A stretch of 64,000 bases of DNA from an uncultured Gaiellaceae bacterium. Lineage in GTDB: Bacteria; Actinomycetota; Thermoleophilia; Gaiellales; Gaiellaceae. Below, piece by piece: positions 27,570-35,223 of the stretch (position 1 is its first letter; every line of letters begins with the position of its first letter). A program made the translations under genes and the position numbers. The notes beneath the pieces were generated by a model. The model did no database searches, had not been told where the DNA came from, and was given only the letters and a program-made list of their open reading frames with translations. The DNA lies in NCBI GenBank assembly GCA_963732995.1, contig CAVTBS010000009.1, forward strand, positions 64,618 to 128,617, in the 5' to 3' direction.

Positions 27570-28637
27570 ATGGCCGAGATCGCGCACCCGTACGAGAGCG
27601 CCGCCGAGACGGCCGCCGCTCCGGCTGCGGCACCGCGCCGCAGGGTCTCCTTCTCGGAGCTCGTCGACGCCTGGGCGGTCCGTGAGGGAGGGGACGGCCG
27701 CGAGGAGCGCTACCAGGAGCTGCGCGCGGCGTTCGTCTCGGATCACGGCGAGATCACCGACAGCTACATCTGCGAGAGCGGGCCGATGGCGGTCGTGCTG
27801 ACGGCCGTGCGCCCGAAGCCGCTCGAGCGGAAGCTGTTCCGCTCCAAGGACCGGGTCGAGATGTACAGCGAGACCGAACGGCTCGTGCGGATGCACCCAG
27901 AGGTGGCCCAGGTGCTCCACCGGGCCGAGGTGCAGTACGTCTCGGTGCGGAACGCCCTGCGCGGGCTCAGCCAGCGGCTGCTCGTGAACTGGCTCTTCGT
28001 CTGGATGCGCGACCTGATGCTCGTCTCGATCCCGAACGTCGACGGCACGGTCGTCCCGCTCTCCGCGGAGGAGATCGAGGCGCAGGAGAAGGAGCTCGAC
28101 CGGATCGAGGCCCACTACCAGCAGGCGGCGGCGCGCGAGGCGCAGATCGTCTACCTCGGCGGGATGCTGATGGGCGTGCTCGCCCTCTGCGCGGTCACCG
28201 TTCCCGTCGGGATCCTGCTCGCGGCCAGCAGCGTCCCGGTCAACCTGACCACGTTCTTCGGCTGCCTGATCGCCGGCGCGCTCGGGGCGCTCGTCAGCGT
28301 CGTCACCCGCATGAGCGCCGACAAGTTCCACGTCCGCCACGAGGTCGGGCGCTCGTACGTGCAGCGCGTGGCGGCGTTCCGGCCGTTCATCGGCGGCGTC
28401 TTCGGCCTGCTCGTCTACTTCGCGCTCCAGGGCGGGGTGATCCGGCAGCTCGACGTGCCCGAGGACCCGCGCGACCGCTTCGCGTTCTTCCTCGTCCTCG
28501 CCTTCGCGGCCGGCTTCAGCGAGCGGCTGGTGAAGGAGGTGCTGCGCTCGACGAACGGAGACGACGCCGAGGCTAAGGCGCCGGAGCCGCCGAAGCCCGA
28601 CGCCGCAGCACCCGTGCCTCCCCAACCCGGCGGGTGA
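27570..28637 (+). CDS. hypothetical membrane protein (soluble N-domain plus about 4 C-terminal TM helices)
   Basis: High GC3. Start taken at MAEIAHPYE. TM segments include IVYLGGMLMGVLALCAVTVPVGILLAA and FFGCLIAGALGALVSVV. No family recognised. Confidence 0.6.
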   Translation: MAEIAHPYESAAETAAAPAAAPRRRVSFSELVDAWAVREGGDGREERYQELRAAFVSDHGEITDSYICESGPMAVVLTAVRPKPLERKLFRSKDRVEMYSETERLVRMHPEVAQVLHRAEVQYVSVRNALRGLSQRLLVNWLFVWMRDLMLVSIPNVDGTVVPLSAEEIEAQEKELDRIEAHYQQAAAREAQIVYLGGMLMGVLALCAVTVPVGILLAASSVPVNLTTFFGCLIAGALGALVSVVTRMSADKFHVRHEVGRSYVQRVAAFRPFIGGVFGLLVYFALQGGVIRQLDVPEDPRDRFAFFLVLAFAAGFSERLVKEVLRSTNGDDAEAKAPEPPKPDAAAPVPPQPGG

Positions 28638-30211
28638 CGCCGTCGGCGTCGAGGCGCTCCAGCAGGAGCTGAGCGTCCCGGCGGCCGCAGCCCGCGAGGT
28701 CGCGGAAGCGGGCGAGCGTGATCTGGCCGGCCGCCGCGCACTCCTCGAGCACGAGCGCCCGTGCCCGCTCGTAGGCCGACGCCGAGACCGCCCAGCCGTC
28801 GCCGAGCCGGACGAGCCTGCCCGCGCGCTCGAGGTAGCGGGCCAGCTCCGAATCCTCCGCCCTGGCGGCACCGGGCTCCGCCGCCGCCAGCGCCGCCGCC
28901 AGCTCCTCCGCCTCGGCGGCGCGGTCACCGAGGTCGCCGGTCGTGCCGGGCCGGTAGAGCAGTCGAGCCGCGCCGCTCGAAGGGAAGCCGCGCCAGGACC
29001 TCCTTCGCCCAGGGCTCGGTCGGCGCCGGCGTGCCCGGGTCGAGCGGGTCGGCTCGGTCGATCGCCTGCTCGAGCGCGGCCCGGAGCTCGGCCAGCCACT
29101 CGTCCGAGAAGCGCCACGCGCCGTCGACGAGCGCCGGTGCATGGACACGCGTCTCGCCGCGGCGCGCCTGCTCGAAGCGGGCCGGGTCGGAGTGCCGGAC
29201 GGGGACGGGGTCGAGCACGGTCCCACCGCCGACCGTCGTCTCGTCGCGGAGCACGACCCGGTCGCCGCGCGCGGCGACGACAGGCGCTGCGAGTCGCAGC
29301 TGGGCGAAGCCGCCCGCCCTGACGACGCGGGCGGGCACGGCGGCAGTGCCGTGGTGGACGTGGAGGCGCGCTCCCTCGGCGATCGGTGTCAGCTCCTCCA
29401 GCGTCACGTCCAGGCGGTAGCTCGGCCTGAAGGTTTCGGGGGCGACGAGCACGTCGCCGCGCCGCAGGTCGGTGCGGTCGACCCCCGGCAGCGCGAGCGC
29501 GACGCGCTGCCCCGGCTCCGCCCGCTCGACGGCCCGGTCGTGCACCTGGACGCTCCGGACTCGGACGTCGCGACCGGCGGGCTCGGCGCGAAGCACATCG
29601 CCCTCGCCGACGGTCCCGGACCAGAGCGTCCCGGTCGCGACCGTCCCGATCCCGCGCAGTGAGAAGACCCGGTCGACGTGGAGGCGCGCCGGCTCGGAGA
29701 GATAGTTGCTGTCAGCAACTAAGTCCGCAGCGCGCGTGAGCGCAGCACGGAGCTCGTCGAGCCCGACGCCGGTCTTCGCGCTCACCGGAACGGCCTCGGC
29801 CTCCGGGACGAGCTCCGCCGCCTCCTCGAGCGCCAGCGCGAGCGTCTCCTCGTCGACCGCATCGGACTTCGTCACCGCGACCACGCCGTGCTCGATCCCG
29901 AGCAGGCGGATGATCGCGAGGTGCTCGTGCGTCTGCGGCCGCGCGCCCTCGCCGGCATCGATCACGAGCAGGAAGAGGTCGATCCCCGTCGCCCCGGCGA
30001 CCATGTTGCGGACGAAGCGCTCGTGCCCCGGCACGTCGACCAGCGAGAGCCGCTGCCCGTCCGGCAGGTCGAGCGGGGCGTAGCCGAGGTCGATCGAGAT
30101 CCCGCGCCGCTGCTCCTCGGGGAGTCGGTCGGTGTCCTTCCCGGTCAGTGCCCGCACGAGCCACGTCTTGCCGTGGTCGATGTGCCCGGCGGTTCCTACC
30201 GTAAGCGGCAT
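28573..30211 (-). pseudogene. selB: selenocysteine-specific elongation factor SelB, frame-disrupted as assembled (1 extra nt near 28960-28980)
   Basis: [16 protein letters not shown]...DVPGHERF...TKSD GTPase domain and domains II-III lie in ORF 28925..30322. The winged-helix C-terminus (LLYRPGTTGDL...ITLARFRDLAGCGRRDAQLLLERLDADGVTRRVGE) lies in ORF 28573..29226. Total span is 3n+1 nt. Confidence 0.85.
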
Positions 30212-30363
30212 CTCGCGCCCCTGGCCGGCGCCGGCTCCCGCCGGGCGGAGCCCGGCTCCGCCGGTGCCTGACGCCGCTCGCGGCGCTCCGGCCGCAGGCC
30301 CGTACCGCCGTACTGTTCCCACGGCCTACGCACCGCGAGCGGCGCCCCAGGAACGCGAGACCG

Positions 30364-31638
30364 TCACGCCAATCTGACTCGAGCGACCGCCCGGGCGACC
30401 TCGTCGGCCTCGGCGTCGGTGAGGGTGCGGCAGTCGAGCAGCGTGCGGCCGTCGCGGACGACGGCGATCACCGGCGGGTCATGGGCGCGCAGCGGCGCCG
30501 CCAGCTCCTCGGCGACCGAGCAGGCGAAGCTCGGCAGCTCGGCGAGCGGGAGGGCGCCGCCGCCGACGCGGGCAACCGTCTCCTCGACGGCGCCGTCCGC
30601 CGCCCGCGCAAGGCGCTCCGCGCGGTCCCGGACGGCGTCGACCGGCTCGCGCAGCATCCGCAGCACCGGGATCTCGTCCGGCGAGTCGAGATAGAGGAGC
30701 AGCGTGCCCTCGAGCGCCGCGAGCGTCAGCTTGTCCGAGCGCAGGGCGCGATGGAGCGGGTGCCGGCGCAGCCGCTCGATCAGATCGGCGCGGCCGGCGA
30801 CGATGCCCGCCTGCGGGCCGCCGAGGAGCTTGTCGCCCGAGAAGCAGACGAGGTCGGCGCCCGCCGCGAGGGCGGCAGCAGGCGTCGGCTCGCCGTCGAC
30901 GTCGACGAGCGCGCCGGAGCCGAGGTCGTCGAGGAGCGGCAGCTCGTGGCGGCGCGCGACGGCCGCGAGCTCGTCGAGGCGCGGCTGCTCGGTGAAGCCG
31001 ACGACGCGGAAGTTCGACTGGTGGACGCGCAGGAGCAGCGCCGTGTCCGGCCCGACCGCGTGCTCGTAGTCGGCGGCGCGGGTCCGGTTCGTCGTCCCCA
31101 CCTCGACGAGCCGGGCTCCGGAGCGGACGAGCACGTCGGGGATCCGGAATCCGTCGCCGATCTCGATCAGCTCGCCGCGCGAGACGACGACCTCACGCCC
31201 CTCCGCGAGCGCGGCGAGCGCCAGCAGCATCGCCGCAGCGTTGTTGTTGACGACGATCGCATCCTGTGCGCCCGTGAGCCGGCGCAGCAACGGCGCCAGA
31301 TGGTCCTGGCGGGAGCCGCGTGAGCCCGAGGAGAGGTCGTACTCGAGGTTGGAGTAACCGCTCGTGTCGGCGATCCGTTCGAGCGCGGCCGCGGCGAGCG
31401 GCGCGCGGCCGAGGTTCGTGTGCACGAGCACGCCGGTCGCGTTCAGGACCCGGCGGAGCGCCGGCCGCCGTGCCGTGGCGAGCGCCTGCTCGAGCCGCAC
31501 CCGCAGGTCGCCGGGCTCGGCGCCCGCCCGGATCTCCTCGCGCGCCCGCTCGAGCACGTCCCGGGCGGCCGCGACCGCGAGCGGGTCGGCGGTGCCGCGA
31601 ACGAGCTCGTCGACGGAGGGAAGATCCTGCAATCTCAC
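30364..31638 (-). CDS. selA: L-seryl-tRNA(Sec) selenium transferase SelA
   Basis: LPSVDELV N-terminus, [46 protein letters not shown] and [13 protein letters not shown] (PLP Lys). GTG 31638 is preferred because ATG 31704 would overlap the divergent VanW gene. Confidence 0.92.
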   Translation of the reverse strand: MRLQDLPSVDELVRGTADPLAVAAARDVLERAREEIRAGAEPGDLRVRLEQALATARRPALRRVLNATGVLVHTNLGRAPLAAAALERIADTSGYSNLEYDLSSGSRGSRQDHLAPLLRRLTGAQDAIVVNNNAAAMLLALAALAEGREVVVSRGELIEIGDGFRIPDVLVRSGARLVEVGTTNRTRAADYEHAVGPDTALLLRVHQSNFRVVGFTEQPRLDELAAVARRHELPLLDDLGSGALVDVDGEPTPAAALAAGADLVCFSGDKLLGGPQAGIVAGRADLIERLRRHPLHRALRSDKLTLAALEGTLLLYLDSPDEIPVLRMLREPVDAVRDRAERLARAADGAVEETVARVGGGALPLAELPSFACSVAEELAAPLRAHDPPVIAVVRDGRTLLDCRTLTDAEADEVARAVARVRLA

Positions 31639-31681
31639 GGAAAACGAGTGTAGTCCGGCCGGAGCCGCTACCTTGCCAATC

Positions 31682-33361
31682 GTGAGACGTGTGGGGGTGA
31701 TCACGGCGTCGGTGCTCGCGATCGCGGCCGTTCTGGCCGTCGCCGCGGTGGGTGCGCGCGACGCGTACTACTGGGACCGGCCGCTGCCCGGCGTCGAGCT
31801 GCGCGAGGCCGGCCTGCAGGAGCCCGTGCGCATCGTCGTCGGTGAGCGGGAGTACGACGTCCGGCCGGGCGAGGTCCTCAGCCTCGACAGCACGGCGACC
31901 GAGCAGGCGCTCTGGGACGCCGGCCGCACCAGCTTCACCGGCCGGATCCGGCAGCTCGTCGACCCGAGCCCGCCGAAGCTCGTCGTCGATCCGGTGCTCG
32001 AGACGCGGCCCGGGGCCGACCAGATCGCGGAGGAGATCTCCGCCTCGCTGCCGAAGCCGCGGCGGGCCCAGGTCGTTGCGCGTGACGGCTTCCGCGTGAT
32101 TCCGTCCCGCCCGGGTGACGCGATCGCCCCGACCCAGCTCGCCGACTCGCTCGCGCAGGCCTCGCTGACGGGCGTGCGGACGCTGCGCCCGGCGCTGACC
32201 CACGTCGATCCCGAGCTCACGACTGCCGCCGCCGAAGCCGCCGTCGACGAGGCGGAGGAACTGGTCGACGAGCCGGTGACGCTCGAGTTCAAGGGTGAGG
32301 ACGTCGGCGCGCTGGCTCCCGCGCGGCTCGTCAAGCTGCTCCGGTTCCGGCCCGCCGGCGAGCGCTTCCGCGTCTCCTTCCATCCCGAGCGCATGGCCAA
32401 GGCGGTCGAGCCGATGCTGAAGCCGTGGCGAGCCCGAGCCGTCAATGCCCGCTTCGTCGTCGACGGGAGGCAGGTGCGGATCCGGCCGTCGCGTCCGGGT
32501 CTCGCCGTCGACGGCCGGTGGGTCGCCGACTCCGTCGCGGCCGCCGCGGCCGCGCCGACGCATCGTGCCTCGCTGCGGCTGAAGCAGATCCGCGCCGACC
32601 TGACCACCCGCGAGGCCGAGCGCCTCGGGATCCGCGAGCGCATCTCCACCTTCACGACCGACATGGGCACGTCGTCGTCGAACCGGATCCACAACGTGCA
32701 GCTGATGGCGCAGTACATCGACGGCACGGTGATCAAGCCCGGCGACACGTTCTCGTTCAACGACCGCGTCGGTCCCCGGACGGTCGAGCGAGGCTTCCGC
32801 GAGGGTCAGATGATCATCGGCTCGCTCCTCCTGCCCTCGATCGGCGGCGGCGTTTGCCAGACCGCGACGACGCTCTTCAACAACGCCTTCGAGCTCGGGC
32901 TGCCGATCGTCGAGCGCCACAACCACAGCTTCTACATCTCGCACTACCCGATGGGCCGCGACGCCACCGTCTCGTGGGGCGGGCCGGACTTCGTCTTCAA
33001 GAACGACCTGAAGACCGGGATCCTGATCACGACGAGCTACACCAGCTCGACGCTCACGTTCTCGTTCTTCGGCACCGACCCGGGGCGGCGCATCGTCGCG
33101 ACGACGGGCGAGCGGTCGAACTGGCGCTCGCCGCAGACGACCTACGCGCTCGACCCGTACGCACCGCGCGGATCGGTGCGCACGGTCGCCGGCTCGAACC
33201 AGTCAGGCTTCGACGTCACCGTCACCCGCAAGGTCTTCGAGGACGGGAAGCTGCTGCGCCAGGACGCGACGACGAGCAACTACATCGCCGTCGGCCCGAC
33301 CGCGATCTACGGCCCGGGCCGCTCGATCCCCGGCCCGTACTTCGTCCTGCCGCGGGTCTAG
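31682..33361 (+). CDS. VanW family protein
   Basis: N-terminal TM. C-terminal motifs GTVIKPGDTFSFNDRVGPRTVERGF...GGGVCQTATTLFNA...ERHNHSFYISHYP. Start is GTG 31682. Confidence 0.88.
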   Translation: MRRVGVITASVLAIAAVLAVAAVGARDAYYWDRPLPGVELREAGLQEPVRIVVGEREYDVRPGEVLSLDSTATEQALWDAGRTSFTGRIRQLVDPSPPKLVVDPVLETRPGADQIAEEISASLPKPRRAQVVARDGFRVIPSRPGDAIAPTQLADSLAQASLTGVRTLRPALTHVDPELTTAAAEAAVDEAEELVDEPVTLEFKGEDVGALAPARLVKLLRFRPAGERFRVSFHPERMAKAVEPMLKPWRARAVNARFVVDGRQVRIRPSRPGLAVDGRWVADSVAAAAAAPTHRASLRLKQIRADLTTREAERLGIRERISTFTTDMGTSSSNRIHNVQLMAQYIDGTVIKPGDTFSFNDRVGPRTVERGFREGQMIIGSLLLPSIGGGVCQTATTLFNNAFELGLPIVERHNHSFYISHYPMGRDATVSWGGPDFVFKNDLKTGILITTSYTSSTLTFSFFGTDPGRRIVATTGERSNWRSPQTTYALDPYAPRGSVRTVAGSNQSGFDVTVTRKVFEDGKLLRQDATTSNYIAVGPTAIYGPGRSIPGPYFVLPRV

Positions 33362-33365
33362 TCCG

Positions 33366-34070
33366 TCACTGCGCGTCGGCCTTCTCCGGCGAGGCCGGAG
33401 ATTCCGCGTTCCGCTCGTCGTAGCTCTCGACGACGATCCGGACGGCCTCGGCTGGGTCGTCGGTGACGTGCAGGAGCTCGACGTCCTCGGGCGAGACCAT
33501 CCCGTCCGCGAGCAGTTCGCCGTCGACCCAGGCGAGCAGCTCCCGCCAGTAGTCGGAGTCGAAGAGGACGACGGGGAAGTCGAGCACCTTGCCGGTCTGG
33601 ATCAGCGTCAGCGCCTCGAACGCCTCGTCGAGCGTGCCGAAGCCGCCGGGGAAGATGACGAACCCCTCGGCCGCCTTCACGAACATCGTCTTGCGGGCGT
33701 AGAAGTGCTTGAACGTCATCGAGATGTCGCAGTACGGGTTGACGCCCTGCTCGTGGGGAAGCGTGATGTTGAAGCCGACCGAGAGCCCACCGCCTTCCTT
33801 GCAGCCGCGGTTCGCCGCCTCCATCACGCCCGGGCCGCCGCCGGTGACGACCGCGAAGTGCGCCTCGGCGAAGAGCTTCGCCGTCGCCCGCGCCTGCTCG
33901 TACGGGCGGCTGCTCTCCCCGACGCGGGCCGACCCGAAGATCGAGACGGCCGGCCTGTCGATCTCGAGCACCTTCTGGAAGCCGCCGAGGAACTCGGACG
34001 CGATCACCGCGACGTCGTTCTGGAGGTCGTCGTGCGTCCGCTCCAGCATCCGCCGCTCGTTCGAGGCCAC
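33366..34070 (-). CDS. LOG family (TIGR00730) nucleotide phosphoribohydrolase
   Basis: VSIFGSAR...VVTGGGPGVMEAANRG...PGGFGTLDE motifs. Confidence 0.9.
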   Translation of the reverse strand: MASNERRMLERTHDDLQNDVAVIASEFLGGFQKVLEIDRPAVSIFGSARVGESSRPYEQARATAKLFAEAHFAVVTGGGPGVMEAANRGCKEGGGLSVGFNITLPHEQGVNPYCDISMTFKHFYARKTMFVKAAEGFVIFPGGFGTLDEAFEALTLIQTGKVLDFPVVLFDSDYWRELLAWVDGELLADGMVSPEDVELLHVTDDPAEAVRIVVESYDERNAESPASPEKADAQ

Positions 34071-34074
34071 CCGC

Positions 34075-34911
34075 TTAGATGTCCCGTTCGACGAAGGTGC
34101 CGCTCATCCCCAGGGTCAGGAGCGCGGCGAGCACGATGTAGGAGACCCCGGTGATCCAGCGCTGCGCCGGCGTCACCTGGTAGTACGCCTCGCGTTCAGG
34201 GTCGGCCCGGTGCTGCCAGCGACGCCACGACTCGAGGCCGCCGAGGACGAGGATCAGGATCAGGATCGGGTTCGGCGCCAGGATCGTGAGCCCGACCAGG
34301 AGCAGCAGACCGACGATCCAGAGCGCGGGATGGATCGCGGCGACGATGCGGCCGCCGTCGAGCGGCGAGATCGGCGCCAGGTTGAAGAGGTTGAGGAAGA
34401 AGCCGGTGAAGGCGAGCGCGACCAGCAGGTCGGAGTCGAACCACTCGCCGAGGCCCCAGACGGCGGCCGCGCCGAGACCGCCGAGGATCGGTCCGGCGAT
34501 CGCGACCTTCGCCTCGTTCCACGCGTCGTCGGGGAGCTGCTTGAGCGTGATCAGGGCGCCGAGGAAGGGGATGAACATCGGCGCGGACACCGGCAGCCCC
34601 TGGTGCTTCGCCTCGGCGACGTGGCCCAGCTCGTGGATCAGGATCAGGAGGACGAAGCCGATTGCGAACTGCCAGCCCCAGAAGAGCGCGTAGGCGGCGA
34701 TCGAGACGAGCATCGAGCCGGCGACCGTGAAGAGCTTGAACTTGAAGATCGCCGCGAAGACGAACTTCAGCTTCCAGATCAGGAAGCCGACGGCGGCGAT
34801 CGGCGCCCAGAGCTTGCGCAGGACGTCGCCCACGGTCGTCGGACGCTTGATCGGGGAGTAGTCGTGCGGCGGCTCCTCGGCCTCGCGCGGCGCGTACGGG
34901 TCGTAACTCAC
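34075..34911 (-). CDS. site-2 protease family (M50) membrane metalloprotease
   Basis: Polytopic membrane protein with HELGH and NLFNLAPISPLDGG motifs. Confidence 0.85.
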   Translation of the reverse strand: MSYDPYAPREAEEPPHDYSPIKRPTTVGDVLRKLWAPIAAVGFLIWKLKFVFAAIFKFKLFTVAGSMLVSIAAYALFWGWQFAIGFVLLILIHELGHVAEAKHQGLPVSAPMFIPFLGALITLKQLPDDAWNEAKVAIAGPILGGLGAAAVWGLGEWFDSDLLVALAFTGFFLNLFNLAPISPLDGGRIVAAIHPALWIVGLLLLVGLTILAPNPILILILVLGGLESWRRWQHRADPEREAYYQVTPAQRWITGVSYIVLAALLTLGMSGTFVERDI

Positions 34912-34968
34912 GCGCTCAGAGTACTCATCGCCCTTCCGGTCGCCTCCCCCGGCCGTGCACCCGCCTTC

Positions 34969-34997
34969 TTGAGCGACGCCTGAGTGTTCCTTGAGCG
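34969..34997 (+). promoter_or_regulatory. three direct heptamer repeats at 11-bp spacing (TTGAGCG, CTGAGTG, TTGAGCG), candidate SARP operator
   Basis: Repeat starts are at 34969, 34980 and 34991. They resemble the TCGAGCG-type heptamers bound by SARP activators. They lie 44-72 nt upstream of ATG 35041. Confidence 0.4.
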
Positions 34998-35040
34998 GCG
35001 GGCGTCACCGTGAGCGCATCACTCGGAGAGGAGAGGAGAG

Positions 35041-35223
35041 ATGACCGGACAGTCCAGGATTCGAAGATCGCTCTCGATTGCCGGGGCGACCTGCTTCACC
35101 GCCCTCGCCCTGTTGGCGGTGGGGACTCCGGGGGCCGCCGACGCCTCCGGTGACCGCGGCAACTGCGATCTATACGGGTGGAGCGGCTTCCTGGCCGGAC
35201 ACTGGGGCGGCGACTGTCGGTGA
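35041..35223 (+). CDS. small secreted peptide precursor (60 aa; predicted 25-aa mature peptide with two Cys)
   Basis: GGAGAGGAGAGGAGAG is the strongest SD-like stretch I saw, directly before the ATG. Signal peptide MTGQSRIRRSLSIAGATCFTALALLAVGTPGAADA. Mature SGDRGNCDLYGWSGFLAGHWGGDCR. GC3 is mostly high. The last 54 nt overlap the convergent regulator. Confidence 0.5.
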   Translation: MTGQSRIRRSLSIAGATCFTALALLAVGTPGAADASGDRGNCDLYGWSGFLAGHWGGDCR

